Source: Eremomyces bilateralis CBS 781.70
Taxonomy: Eukaryota
DNA length: 64,000 nucleotides
NCBI GenBank assembly: GCA_010015585.1
Contig: ML975154.1
Direction: 5' to 3' (one strand)
This document shows, one piece after another, positions 48,808-62,792 of the stretch (its first letter is position 1; every line of letters starts with the position of its first letter). The translations under genes were made by a program, and so were the position numbers. The notes below the pieces were generated by a model, which searched no databases, was not told where the DNA came from, and saw only the letters and a list, made by a program, of their open reading frames with translations.

Positions 48808-49327
48808 CAGCGAGTGAGCGAAGGAGCGGATATCACTGATTGACGGCTTCTTACTTCTCAGTCAGATAAGGACAGAGTTAGAGGAAGAAGGAAGGACGAG
48901 AGGTGGAGGAGTCAAGAAATATATGGGAGTGAAGCTTGGGGATGACTCTTAACTCTTCATTCTTCCTCTGGACTCTTAACTTCCCCTTCCAATTAATTGT
49001 CGTTGTGAGAGGACAGGGATCTCCCCGCTAATAGGAAGATCTCACCCTCCATGGCTCCTTCCCTCGAAAATCTTCAATTTTGGATTTAGAGTTCCAGACA
49101 AATGCCAACATTCCTACGCTCAGTCGATTGAACCCCCCTATTGCAAAGGTTCGTTGCAAGAAGGCGTATTCCTAGTACTTCTATAGTCACTCGAAGATCA
49201 TCACCATCTCACCGATCCATTGAACCCTCCGCGCCAATTCCATCGATCAGCGACTCCATCTACATCTACCAGTATTCCATGAATCAGTAACACCTCCATC
49301 CCCAACTGCTACTCCTCTACAGCCACA

Positions 49328-50788
49328 ATGGAGACCTCGCCCAATCCCCACCCATCCCCCTTCCTCACCCCACCCCCCTCCGCCCAGGCCGGCACCCTCG
49401 CCCTCCTCCACCTCCGTCGCGACCACATCCTCCCCCTCCACCTCTCTCCCTCCCCCACCGCCCTCGCCAACACCCGCTTCGGTAGCTTCCCGCACAGCAC
49501 CCTCATCGGTGTCCCCTGGGGCTCCCAGGTGCTCTCGTACAACGTGAAGAATGCGCCGGGGGACCGGGGGTCGGGCGTGTCGCGGAAGCGGAAGCGAGGG
49601 GAGGGCGAGGGGAACCAAGCACAGGGTGCACAGGTCGCTGGAGATGCGGAGAATGGGGATGGAGAGGGGGAGCAACGGGAGAAAAAGATGGAGATCAGCA
49701 TCGCGGGCACGGGGTTCGCGCATCTGCTGCCGCCGACGCCGGAGCTGTGGACGCAGAGTTTGCCGCATCGGACGCAGGTGGTGTATACGCCGGACTACAG
49801 CTTCGTGTTGTCGCGGCTGCGCGTCCGGCCGGGGAGCACGATCATCGAAGCAGGGGCGGGGAGTGGGAGTTTCACGCATGCGTCGGCGAGGGCGGTGTTC
49901 AATGGGTATGAAAATGGGAGAAAAGAGGAGGGGTCTACGGGGGAAGATAGGAGAGGGAAGGGGAGGAAAGGGAGGGTGTTTAGCTTTGAGTTTCACGAGC
50001 CGCGGAAGGAGAAGTTGCAGGAGGAGATTGATGCGCATGGGTTAGGTGGCCTCGTCACGCTTACGCATCGCGATGTGTGCGAAGAAGGGTTCTGCTTGGG
50101 GACAGCTACGGATCCGACGACCTCGAACAACAATCTCGACACCGCTCCGAACGCCGACGCCATCTTCCTCGACCTCCCCGCCCCCTGGCTCGCGCTCAAA
50201 CACCTCTCCCGCCGGCACCCCACTCCCCTCAACCCCACCCAAAGCGTGCGCCTCTGCACCTTCTCCCCCTGCATGGAGCAGGTAACCAAGACGATCAATA
50301 CGCTGCGCGAGCTCGGTTGGGTGGAGATCACGATGGTGGAAGTGATGCACAAGCGGCTCGACGTGCGGCGGGAGCGGGTGGGGGTGGCGGAGGAGAACCT
50401 CCGCGGGGGCATTGGAGTGCCGAAGGACGTGAGTGAGGCGGTGCGGCGGCTGCGGGAGGTGACGCGGGAGCGGGAGGAGGCGCAGGCGAAGCAGATTGCG
50501 AACAGTCGACGGAGGCGGGAGGGTGGTGGGGGAGGAGAGGGGAAGGGGAGGAAGGGGAAGGGAGGAGGGGAGGAGCATATGACGTCGCGGATGCATCGGA
50601 GGGAGAAGATGTTGCGGGAGGCGGAGAGTCGGAAGTTGTATCGGGAGGGGAGGTTGGTGCATCGGACGGAGCCGGATTGGAAGACCCATACGAGTTATTT
50701 GGTGTTTGCGGTGCTGCCGAGGGAGTGGACGGTAGAGGATGAGGAGAGGTATTTGGTGAAGTGGAAGCTACCTACGGGAAAGAACTGA
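49328..50788 (+). CDS. TRM61: tRNA (adenine58-N1)-methyltransferase catalytic subunit
   Basis: NTRFGSFPHSTL, PTPELWTQSLPHRTQVVYTPD, EAGAGSGSF, FEFHEPR, DAIFLDLPAPW, FSPCMEQV, KTHTSYLVFA. Confidence 0.95.
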   Translation: METSPNPHPSPFLTPPPSAQAGTLALLHLRRDHILPLHLSPSPTALANTRFGSFPHSTLIGVPWGSQVLSYNVKNAPGDRGSGVSRKRKRGEGEGNQAQGAQVAGDAENGDGEGEQREKKMEISIAGTGFAHLLPPTPELWTQSLPHRTQVVYTPDYSFVLSRLRVRPGSTIIEAGAGSGSFTHASARAVFNGYENGRKEEGSTGEDRRGKGRKGRVFSFEFHEPRKEKLQEEIDAHGLGGLVTLTHRDVCEEGFCLGTATDPTTSNNNLDTAPNADAIFLDLPAPWLALKHLSRRHPTPLNPTQSVRLCTFSPCMEQVTKTINTLRELGWVEITMVEVMHKRLDVRRERVGVAEENLRGGIGVPKDVSEAVRRLREVTREREEAQAKQIANSRRRREGGGGGEGKGRKGKGGGEEHMTSRMHRREKMLREAESRKLYREGRLVHRTEPDWKTHTSYLVFAVLPREWTVEDEERYLVKWKLPTGKN

Positions 50789-51864
50789 GAGGGTGATTTT
50801 GGTTAATGAAGTTATTTGAAGGGCATCCATATTCCTTCGTGATATCTTCTCGTAGGATGCCTATTGCTTGACCTTTTTGATGGGTCTGACACTCTAAGAC
50901 TTCACGATGGACAGGGCGGGACCCTAAGCAGGGTTGTCGATTCCACCATAGATGCAATAACATGAGGGCATGATATCGCATGCGATAGCGGTATTATGAA
51001 CCAAAATCGGAGATAGATTAATACTTTTTCCTTAGTTCCTAAATCCCAGGCCAAGATGAATAATCTCCGCTGGAAATGGTCGGATCCAGGGCTTCTAGGC
51101 TCTCTCACTATCTGGCTTACTGGCTATGGGGCTTTCTGTTAGCGCTCTTTGCTTGATACTAATACCCCAGACAACACGAACAATGACATCATCAGCTCGG
51201 CATCCGGAGCCGGAAACGCTGAGTAGTACACTGCAACGACAGGAATTGTCAGATATCTCGGGAACGATTAAACCGCCAGTGAAACAGCTATCACGAAGAG
51301 ATTATCTGGTCGAGGAGAGACTGGCATATCACGTGGTTGAGAGTTGAGAGTTGAGACATCACATGGACAGTGTTGATCAAATGACTAATGAGGCAGTTGG
51401 ATAAGGCAGAAGGCTGGGTCTCCTCCTCCTGGTCAACAGTGAAGAGTCAACGAACGGACTGGATGCCGGTATGTAAGATTATGTAACAGAAACAATGCGC
51501 TTATCGGTGTTCTCATTGGTAAATTATTGTAACAGTACAATGTGATTGGTGAAGATGCTGGAATCTTCTGGTACCGATTGAGGCTGGTTGATAATCAATG
51601 TGGCGGAGGTCAGAGGGGGTAGGAACCTGCCAACTTCGCCTCCCCGCATTGACGGTTTCGGTGAATCAGGCAGGAGCCTCAGCTTTCCCACCTGCGCCTT
51701 CCTTCTCCTCCCTATCTGCCTATTTAATCGCCTCCTTCCTCTTCTTCCTCCAACTCTCTTCTCTTCATCTACTTTCAAACTCGCTCACGTACCATCAATC
51801 GGTCTCTACTAACTTCAAATCTTCATCAATCCTATCGACAAACTCACATCCCTCTCTATCCAGC

Positions 51865-52971
<1,107 letters not shown>

Positions 52972-53709
52972 ACGGGTTGATGAAGATGCGGCGAAACGAT
53001 GGGTTTCAACGCCCGGACGTTTTCAACACGCGCTTCACGATGGGATTTTTCTTCATATTCGGTTAGCGGGATTCTCGGAGTCATCATACCACATGGTTGG
53101 GCCTGTCATTTATGAATAGGGTTATTACCATTCCACGGTGCCACGACTGGCATATAGTTAAGAGGTCCTCAAGGAATTGACGTGTCAGATTCCAATCTCT
53201 TGATCCAAGGTCATCTGATCCTATTGCAAATCGTGAATCGTAACGTTGATCGTGACGCTTCTGCCAGTTTGATATCTCAAATCCGGTGTTTGCATACCCG
53301 TGGCAAACATGTCTGACGGATTCGCCACATCACCATCCACCGAATCATGCTGTGTCGAACTCCAGATACGCCGTAGAAGAAGCTCAAATAGCCTCCAGTA
53401 CTCCTAGTCACAGAGTTCAAAGCGAATGGAGAACAATTCAAAGGAACATCTCCTGTTGCGAACTGTTAAGACATGATGTGAAGATATAATATATTAGTCC
53501 ATGAATGGTTTATCGTAATTACAATGGTTCAATAATCCTCCGTATTCCCAAATCCATCCTTCATCGCACGCTATAAAAGCTCGCTGTCATCGAGCGAAGA
53601 ATTCAAGATTCGTCATTTCCAGTCCCATTCCGAACAGCACCATATCATCAACCCAATCCAGAACAAAATCGGAGATGTCCAAAATCGCCTCCCCCAACCC
53701 AAACACTCC

Positions 53710-56565
53710 TCACGCCGCCACCTCGCCTCCACTCTCCCAATCCCTCCATCCCCCTAAACTCCCCCACGCCGCCAACACATCCTCACTCACGCTACTCCTT
53801 ACGTCCTCCTTCCGCACACTACTCCGCATACTCATACTACTCCTACCTGACCCTACCGTCCGCCCCGATTCTGCCGTCCGCCCTGACCCCGCCGTCCTCC
53901 CCGATCCCGTCCTCGCCACCCCCACCTCTGACTCCCGACTCAGTCTCTTCCTCGTCCGCTCCGCGCCAACACCCATCCCCATACCACCGCTCATCCGCTT
54001 CGCCATCCGCGCCTTCACCACCGCCTCCGACACCACCAACCCCGCTCCCTTCCCCTCCCGCTCGCGCTCCTGCGCCGTATGCGCTTCTGCGCTCGCCATC
54101 CCCACCCTCGCCTTCTGCTCTACGCCCACCGCGATCGCGTCCAACTCATCCGCGCGACTCGTGCGCCCACCACCGCTGCCCTCGCTGCCAGAGCTGGGGA
54201 TCACGCGCACGGCGATGTCGGAGGGGGCGTCGGAGCCGCGGCGGGGAGTGAGGGGAGAGGGGAGGGGGGAAGCGGTTGCGGAGGCGGTGGCGGAGGGTGA
54301 GAGAGGGAGGGAGAGTGGGGAGAGAGGGCGGGGAAGAGGATGGTGGAGGTTGGAGGAGTGGGAGGGGTAGCAGTAGGTGGTGGCAGGGAGGGTTTCCAGG
54401 GGGGGAAGGGGGTCGCGGGGGGGTGGAGAGGGGAAGAAGGGTGAGGGGAGGCCGTGGGGGGTGGAGGGGGTGAGGGGGAAGGCGGAGAGGATGTTGGTGG
54501 GGGGGCGGAAGGGGATGGAGGAGGTGCGGGCGGGGATGGGGGGTTTGGTGGTGAGGATGGTGATGCGCTCGCGGTCGAGGGTGGTCGCGGTCGCGGTCGC
54601 GGGCTGGGGTTCGAATCGCGGGGAGAGGGGCCGCTCAGTCTCGCGCGGGGGCGAGCCGGAGACGGAGGATTGGGTGGAGGCGATGCGTCGCTTCTCTTGC
54701 TTGATGGCCGTGCGGTATCCTTCGGTGAAGGAGTGCTTCGCCATCGCGGCGCGTTTCGATCGCATCATCTCGAGAAGCGCTTCTTCCTCCTCCGTCACGG
54801 CCATGAGTTTGTGTTGCTCAGCTTTGAGAGCCCGCAGCTCACTCTCCTTTTTCTTCTTCTCAGCTGCCGTGGACTTTTCGACTGACCGCTCAGCTTCGGG
54901 AGGCGTCGGTCGAGGACCATCTTCCACGATCCGGGACAGTCGCGTCTTGCGCGGCCTTCGTGGTGATGTAACGACGTCACTCGAATCGTCAGTAGAGTTA
55001 TCCCTGGCGGACCTGCTCCTTGAGGACGCCTCATGTTCCCTAGCGGTAGCCTTCGAAGCACCCTCTAACGCCTGCGCCGGAGGATACTCCGTGGATTGTC
55101 TGGTTCGCGGTTTCAACTCCAGGGCTCTCGCTCTTCCAATCAGCATCTGACCTGCCGAGTCTCGTGTGTCCGTGGTGTGGACGCTGCTGTCGCAGGCTCT
55201 CGAAGCGGTGTCCAGGTCGCTTTCTTCGGCCACATTGTCTTCTTCGTCGGAGGATGAGAAGGACAGCACGCTTGCTTCGTTCAAGTTCGTCCTCGATATC
55301 TTGCTCTCGCGTGTCATGGCGGTAAACCCGCTGCGCATCGAAAGCGCCTCCTGGGAATTTTGAGGTCGGAGGGTCGCGTGCGATCGCTTGTCTTGGGCTG
55401 CGGAGTATGGTGACGCACGCTGCCTCCTTCGTTCGTCCTCTGGTGAGGGGCGATATCTCTTATCCTGAACGTCGTATGACAGCTGCGACGACGTATATGA
55501 CCGATACTCGGATGGAGGCTGGGTACTGTGCGGTGTAGCGGGTTCCACCTCAGCATCCTCCTCCGAATCATCCTCGAGCAGACCATCGAACCAATTTTGT
55601 ATCCCTTTCGGCGGACGACGAACGTTCATCTTGGCGTTGTCGTACTTGTTAGGCGTTCCGCTAATGGGCCTGCTGGCAGGTCTGCTGTGACCGGATGGTG
55701 GAGCTGCTGGATCGCCTTGTGGATTGGTCGAGATGGAGGCGATGGAAGGTCTTGTCCGGACTGAACGCGGTGCATCTTTTGCACGGTACGAATCTGCAGA
55801 AGCCGCGAAATAGTCGGAAGACATTGACATCTGGGATGGGGAATGGACAAGGTTATGAGTCAACGGTCGTTTGTCCGACGACCTGGGTTTCGGGAACAGT
55901 TTCGTTATATCTAGACGCGAACCCCATTTGGATTGCCCCGTTGGTTCTCCATTTGTGTGGTCGGCATTTGTGAGTGTGACTCCGGGACGATTCTGTCCAG
56001 CGGAGTTGGGGGGGGAGAGAGGAGCTGGCTTGCCTCGACGTAGTCCTCTATCCCGCACCGCCGAATCGGATGTCTGTTGGGAGATGGTAAGAGGGATGCG
56101 CGCGGGGTCGTAGAAGGACCGAAGCGTCGAATCGGAGGGTTGGTGCCGCATATTTCGATTGGTACCGCTGCTAGCCGTGACCGAGGGTGTCAGATTGCGG
56201 TGGTGCGTTTCCCCCAAGGCATTGGAGGAGGCCTTGTTTCGAAGGCTCTGGTAGTCGACGTCGGCATTTCGGGATGGATGGTCCACCAGGTCGTAGCCGT
56301 CGCCGCGATAGCCGGTATCAGCTCGGATGGCTTTCGATTCCTCCCGCGGACGCTGAACGAAATGCCGCCGCGACGACGAGGGACGTGGCGATGTAGAATG
56401 GGTACCGAAGCCGGTAGCACCGAGCAATCGTTCTGCTTTGTTCGCTGGTCGTGCCGATGCTCGTGAAGGAGGGAATACGGTCAGGGTTGGAGCGGATATG
56501 TGTTCTATTTGAGGTTGCGGCTCTTGATTCCTCCTCTGGAAGGGGAATATCGACGTTCGACCCAT
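53710..56565 (-). CDS. Hypothetical Ser/Pro-rich fungal protein with coiled-coil segment (951 aa)
   Basis: Uninterrupted 951-aa ORF with short conserved-looking islands (SFYDPARIPLTISQQTSDSAVRD, KMNVRRPPKGIQNWFDGL, LMAVTEEEEALLEMMRSKRA). Confidence 0.8.
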   Translation of the reverse strand: MGRTSIFPFQRRNQEPQPQIEHISAPTLTVFPPSRASARPANKAERLLGATGFGTHSTSPRPSSSRRHFVQRPREESKAIRADTGYRGDGYDLVDHPSRNADVDYQSLRNKASSNALGETHHRNLTPSVTASSGTNRNMRHQPSDSTLRSFYDPARIPLTISQQTSDSAVRDRGLRRGKPAPLSPPNSAGQNRPGVTLTNADHTNGEPTGQSKWGSRLDITKLFPKPRSSDKRPLTHNLVHSPSQMSMSSDYFAASADSYRAKDAPRSVRTRPSIASISTNPQGDPAAPPSGHSRPASRPISGTPNKYDNAKMNVRRPPKGIQNWFDGLLEDDSEEDAEVEPATPHSTQPPSEYRSYTSSQLSYDVQDKRYRPSPEDERRRQRASPYSAAQDKRSHATLRPQNSQEALSMRSGFTAMTRESKISRTNLNEASVLSFSSSDEEDNVAEESDLDTASRACDSSVHTTDTRDSAGQMLIGRARALELKPRTRQSTEYPPAQALEGASKATAREHEASSRSRSARDNSTDDSSDVVTSPRRPRKTRLSRIVEDGPRPTPPEAERSVEKSTAAEKKKKESELRALKAEQHKLMAVTEEEEALLEMMRSKRAAMAKHSFTEGYRTAIKQEKRRIASTQSSVSGSPPRETERPLSPRFEPQPATATATTLDRERITILTTKPPIPARTSSIPFRPPTNILSAFPLTPSTPHGLPSPFFPSPPPRDPLPPLETLPATTYCYPSHSSNLHHPLPRPLSPLSLPLSPSATASATASPLPSPLTPRRGSDAPSDIAVRVIPSSGSEGSGGGRTSRADELDAIAVGVEQKARVGMASAEAHTAQEREREGKGAGLVVSEAVVKARMAKRMSGGMGMGVGAERTRKRLSRESEVGVARTGSGRTAGSGRTAESGRTVGSGRSSMSMRSSVRKEDVRSSVSEDVLAAWGSLGGWRDWESGGEVAA

Positions 56566-59500
56566 GTTTGGATCGATTCAAGCCGCATTTGTAGCGCTCG
56601 GCGAGTGAAATTTCTCAAAGAAAGACCAGTAGAAACGGAAAAGGACGAAAAGAGGCCGTGACTACGTGAAAGCTATGAAGGGCGAATTGCGCAAAGAGCG
56701 ATAGAGGCGCGTCTCTGTATTCAGCAAACGACCGTCAGCGGATACGAATTGCGAATAGACACGGAGAAAACGAAGGCAACTCGCCCACGGGATCGGGGTT
56801 GTGCAGAAGTGGAGGGACGAGGGACCGGTTGGTGTTTTTGGTGGATATGGAGATCGGTACCGTACCACAGAATCGCGATGTAGCACGAGGCGGAAATGCG
56901 CTACCTTTCGCTTTCCCAGATCCCGTCCATACTTTCAGGATTCGGTGATCACTAGTTTACCTGGAGTATGCGCCGGTGGGGTTGGTCTACCGGTAACCAG
57001 TTGCCCGTGAAAAGGGATAGCGCTTAGTTCTCCCGTGCAACGGAATAAGGGCGGGATTTGGTGGTTAAGTTAGGGCTGATAGGGCCAGGTGCAATTGATA
57101 TCAAACGAAGGGAGACGAAGAAAGAATAATCTTCCGTTCATAGCACGAATGAGATGGTCGTAATCATACAGAGGTCTCTCGGCGACCGTTGCTCCGCTGC
57201 CCCTTCGACCGGGAACCAGCAGTTGGAGTCGGTGAAGCCAACGGGAAACAACCGTTGAAGCCCGGACAGCGAGACGCAAGGACGATTGACGAGGATAGCC
57301 CTCGTCCTGCTATCTGTAGTACTGCAGTCCTGGAGGCGAACAACGGAGAATGCCAGAAAAGACCAAACAATTGCACATCCAGTCTGCTGATCTGTTCTGC
57401 TTTTGTTCATACAATTCAAGCCTCAAGCAAGGAATCTCCAACTCTTTCTAGGCTCACGGGAATGGACACCGAACACGAAGTGCTCATGCACCAGCCATGC
57501 AATTGCTGAGGACCCAAAAGCGAGTCTAATGACGAAGCGTCATGGCGCCAGGAATTGGTTTTTGGAGGGTCACAGGATGCAAGGAGCCGTCGGAGCCGTG
57601 CCACCCACGGTGCCAGTCGTAAATGGCGAAGTTCGTCCTTCGTTCAATCGTTCAAATGCCCACATTCCCCGTTTTCCACCAGGTTTAGCCTTTTGGTTGC
57701 GTGCAGATCAAGAGATGGTGTAGACAGGCGTTCCCATCGATGTTGGGGCTCCCCTGCATGATCGAGCCGCCATCCAGGGCAGATGCCAATCAAGCGCCGA
57801 AATTTCCCAAGTCCGTGAGAAATTGCGGGCATACTTCCCGCTCGGCGCTCAATGGTTTGGGCTGTACGGAATACGTACTATGTAAACACTAAACAGTGTA
57901 ATGTTGTGTCGGCCAGGTACATACGGGAGAGTTCCAGAGTGGGCAATGGGTGGAATTCCATGTCAAACGTTTCAGCATTGCCGTAGAACGATAGACAACG
58001 ATAATCGTGATGATACTCCGCAACTTGAGGAGAGTGCTCCGTATAAGATGGTTATTCCCGTGTGGTACTGTGGTTTTTCCGTCAGCGCTATGATATTAAT
58101 GAAAATAATAAAGGAGCGGGGTCCGCCACATTCCACTATAACATGGATGATTTGATAATTGATGCTTGAATCTTGATAGAATATCGAAGCCACTAGTTAA
58201 CTGTTTCTAGCCTCTAGGGAAGTTGGATATGACTATGACTACTACATACCTATTTCATAGTAGGTGTGTATGTGAGGGAGTTGGAATGATTGATGATTGA
58301 TGATTGATCAGAAGACAACTTCAACGCCACCACCTCGAAGTACCTATCACCTTACTTACGAGTAGTTAACTAAGTTAGTTACTTACTTACTATCAGTCGA
58401 TGTGTTTTGCGAACCGAACTTGTAAACTTGTAAACTCGTCAAACCGAGACCTGCATCCTCGTCAAATACGAAGTTCCGACACTCCCAAACGGTCAAACGG
58501 CCTAGAATCCCCAATCCTTCTACTCTCCCGTCTTCCAAACTCCGGGACTGGAAGTCTGAAGAGGGCAGTAAACATGCGTGAATAAGTGAAAGGGTTGAAG
58601 GCAGGGAATCACTAATCAGGGATGAGGTCCTGGCGATCTGCAGGCCCGTCTGACTTGCTGAGCGCCATCATCCATGCGATCCTAACATCCTGTCCCCAAC
58701 CCTGTTTAATTCCTACCTGCTCCGAAAGGAGTTCGTAGGAATCGTCTATCATCGGCCATCGGCCATCGTCCATCAGACATCAAGCGTAGCGAGATCTATG
58801 GGCCTGACACATCTCTCCCAGGTGAAATGCAATGTTGTCCCTCAAGAATGCTTCAATCAGCTTGAATCTGGTGGCGTGGACTCCAGCGAACCAAGCCACG
58901 ATATCCATCTTCCAGCCCTTCTCGCTCCCTGTCTGCGATAGTGCGATTGCGACTCGTCTATCTCAGACTATCAGACGGGCGGATGGCCCGCCAAAATAAG
59001 ACTTCAGAAATAAAAAGAGATCGCCTCCAAGACTGAAGGAGTCCAATAGTTAGGCCGTCCATGATTCATGACCCATCAAGGTTAGGGGTCTTGGGGTCCG
59101 ATCGATCTGGCTTAGAGAGATGCATGGCGCGTCGATAATCGATATGACTCCTTGATGATGGCCATCGTCTATTCTTCTCTGTTTCATGGAGATATTTCTT
59201 TGGTTTCTGATAGAATCTTCACGCGTTGACAAGATCGCCCTGGGGTGCAGGCCTGATCGCTTCCATTGCCTTTCCGTTTGGTCTTTCCCATCACATTCTC
59301 CCTGCCAGAATCCGCAGGATGGGTGCGCTCATCTTTTCCTGTGAACTTAAGGTCGGTTCTCGGGCCTCATCTGTTATCGTCTGGTGTGTGACGCCCTGTT
59401 TCGTAGATGCGGTGCCCGATCAAATGCATTTCGAATAGCTGGACCGTATCGTGCAGTTGCTTTTCGTGACGGCATGCATCCATCCGATGCAGGAATCGAG

Positions 59501-60199
59501 TGACGGTTCACATCGCGTGCTGGAGTTCTGGTGGTCTGTTTCCACTGCTGAGTGTTGATCGACAGCTGTCGATGCAACGACCTGTGGCTGTGTGACCAGA
59601 CGCTGTATCTCTGGAAGGAATCAATTGTCCAGACTCTCGGTCTGTGGTAGCAGCCTTGCACTTGGTAGGAGGCTAGGAGACACAGACGGAAGAATGTGAT
59701 GCAGTCATCTTTCCAAGTCCTTCTCGACTCATTATTTGTGTTCCTTTGTGCACGACGGTGACACGGTGCATGTGGTGGTCAGAATCCAGATCCTGCTGGG
59801 CGTGCTGGCTGTCGAAGGCTACGGAATTGCGGATCTTCTCCACGTAGGCGACGAGCCGAAATTCATGTTTCAAAGTTCAGACATACATAGATAATGTCTC
59901 GATTATTATATGTGAATTGCTAAGTCTGCTCGATACAGATCCTCCTGTTCATATCATTCTGGTCTTGCTGTCTGGGTGAGGTGTCAACTCTCTGATAGAA
60001 TTTAAGAAAGATCAAAGGAAATGAGGAAAAGAAACATGTTTAAACCCTTGACCCATACTTCTCCATACCTGCCGTTGCTTGTGCCATTTTTCATTTTCCA
60101 TATTAGTTGCGCAAAGACGGGAAAAAACGTTATTAGCTAGTTCCCGATCTACCACCTTTGTGAACCATTTCAGTTCGTAGGCCGCAGCAGTAGCGTCCC

Positions 60200-62792
60200 C
60201 TAGGGAGTCTTCAATGTTGGTGTCCCAAACCCAACATTGAGAGCTGTTCCCGTACGGCTTGATCTCGTTCTCATTCGTTTCCTAGGGGGTCCTACGTTTG
60301 GTCCTCCCGCAGACGCCGTACCACCTTGCCTGAGCCTCTTCGAACCAATTGAATACTTGAAGACCACTTTCCGTGACTGCTGCATCACGGGCATCTGTTG
60401 TGGTCGGTGGACAGGCGTGCTGAGAGTTCCAGTGATGGTCGTTTCACCGGTAGAAACAGCCGACGAACGAGGAGGCAGGTCGAGAAACGGTGGTATCACT
60501 TGCCCATGTGGAGTCACTGGCTGTGTGAGCTCTGGAGGTCGTGGGAATTGACTAATCTCCTCGTGCTCGGCGACTGGAACGGGCTCGAACTTTTGGGTGT
60601 TAGCTGGAACCATTTCATGCATATTGCGAGAGGTCGTACCAGATGGCCAACCTTCACTTCAGGGTTGAACAGCTCAGCTCGCATGGAGGCCAGCTTGTGT
60701 TCGGCTGAGGTGATCTGAAACTTGGACAGTCCAGTCTTGGGGAACCCTTTGCTCTTGGAGCCCGATGTGCTCACAATGAATCCCTTTTCGCGAAGCTGGT
60801 TGAAAGCCGAGGCAGCGGTTCTGAGATCGCATTCGAGGGTTCTGGAAAAAGAAGCCTGAGTGTGGTATCCTTCGGTGTCTATGACTTTGACTGCTTTGCG
60901 AAGAAGAGCCAAATTACAGATCTCGCTGAGAAGACTGGGATCCTTCTGTCTTAGGAGACATTCGTAGCATGCATGAGGGTTTGGAATCTTTGGGTCATTA
61001 GTGCCATGAAAGCCATAACACTCGGTGTGCTGATGTTTGTAGCAGAAGGCGCATTGAATCTTGCGAAGGTCAGCGTATTTCTACTCGGAGTTTGCAGAAT
61101 ACTCGCCATTGACGTGGTCTCCGATGCAGATCCACACTGACATTTGACATCATGGGCGTCTCGCACCGAACGACCCTGCAGACCTAGCTGTAGTCCTTGA
61201 AGGTCTTCAACGATACTAGACATCAGTCTCAGACGCCCTTCCGACGGACGTGAGATCTGAGTTGACGGATCAATCACCATCTCTTGAGTATCGCCTCCGA
61301 GGTGCACTGACTCGGCTGCCTGTAACTACAGCACGCAATATTAGCATTTTATCATCGCCACAAGCATACGACATACTTCTTTGGCCAAGCCAACTTCGAT
61401 CCTCTTCACAGTATCTTGAGTCGGTGTAAATTCATCCAGCTGAGACGCCGGAACGACCATATCATCGATTGGACGGTGATAGGGGGTATTACTCTGGCTT
61501 TCAGGCTGGATTGCTTTCTTTCCTGTAGAAACAGGGTATCGTGAAGCCTGAGACGACTGAGCTTGGGCATTGTACCGAAGGTGATCACCCTCTCCCAGTT
61601 GCTGTTGAGTGGGTGGTGGCATTGCAACGTTGCTGGGAATTTGTCGTTGAAGATCGCCAGTATGCATTTGTGACTGGCTTCCCATGGCATCGTGGCCGAA
61701 GTCGATATCCATATCGCTAGATACCTTGTCGCCGTATTTCAGGCCCTCAGGGATATCTGGCATCTTAAAGGTGTCCCCCCGCCCTTGAACATTGCTATGC
61801 ATCCTAGAGGGATCGGGAAACGAGTAGGACAGATTGAGATTTACCCCGTGATGGCCTGAGTAGCATTTGCCAAAGGACATGGAAGTTCGCTTCCAGCCAT
61901 TGTTCGACGGAAAGTACAGGCTATCATTGCTGTATGGTTCAAAGCCTGCTGGTTGATAGCTGGGGTCACAGTCTTCGGTATAGTACAGTTGCATGGCGAG
62001 ATATCGGCGTCCTAAATATGGTCAATTCACAGTCAACGGCCGAAAACTCGTGTACCTACTAGGAAGTGGAGGCAAATCATTGCATACAGTAACCACTCGT
62101 CGAAAGAAAGCATGCAATGAATGACGAGCCGCTTGAAGTGTCATTCGACCCCCCTTAGGATCCTGGAAGCCGAGGGTAACATCACCGTGTCTCGCATTCT
62201 TGCGGTACGTGAAGGTGAAGGTGTAAGATTCAAGAACATGCTCGGGATGTTCAGGGTCCTCAAAAATGTTGAGTTGCAGTGCTCGGAGGGCTTTCCGAAC
62301 GATAGCATCGGCAGCACCTTTCTCCTACACGCGAGTCATAATCAGAGGCGATATGCCATATTCGATGTCAACTTACAAGCCAGTCTAGTAGCGTGTCCGA
62401 GTTAGCGCTACGGCCGCGCTGGATGATATTCATGGCAGCTCCAGCACTCCCGGTCCTATGAAGAGATCGTCCAGTGACAAGACGAGACTGATCACCGAAA
62501 GGCAGCAAGGAGTCAACGTGGGTGTTCTCGAAGACATGGTCGTCAAATAGATCCCTTGATCGTATGTCAGTGTTAGTCAAACATACTTCTACCATAAACG
62601 CACCTGAGAAAGGCCACCGAACTCAGCTAGCCGACGTCAGCGCTACGCTCTCATCTAGTGGCACGCATCACTTACAGATCCAAGGAGCAGCTTCTGTACT
62701 ATCTGGGCGCTGATGGTTTCAGTCACGGTGTCCGTGGTTGTTGCAGAAGCTGCGACTGCGGTAAGCTGCCTAGGGCGCTGTGTTGTCGCCAT
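60200..62792 (-). CDS. HOP1: Meiotic HORMA-domain protein with PHD finger (Hop1), multi-exon
   Basis: HORMA-like LSSVAFLR|DLFDDHVF, LLDWL..GAADAI..KA, ETYTFTFTY, MQLYYTEDCDPSYQPAGF; PHD CQCG...IQCAFCYKHQHTECYGF...HACYECLL; winged-helix-like ALLRKA...QLREKGF. Confidence 0.9.

Noticed and set aside
56600..60150. Short ORFs and small repeats (TGATGAT, ACTT) in a 3.5-kb intergenic region
   Set aside because: No coding signature; consistent with a long promoter or UTR.
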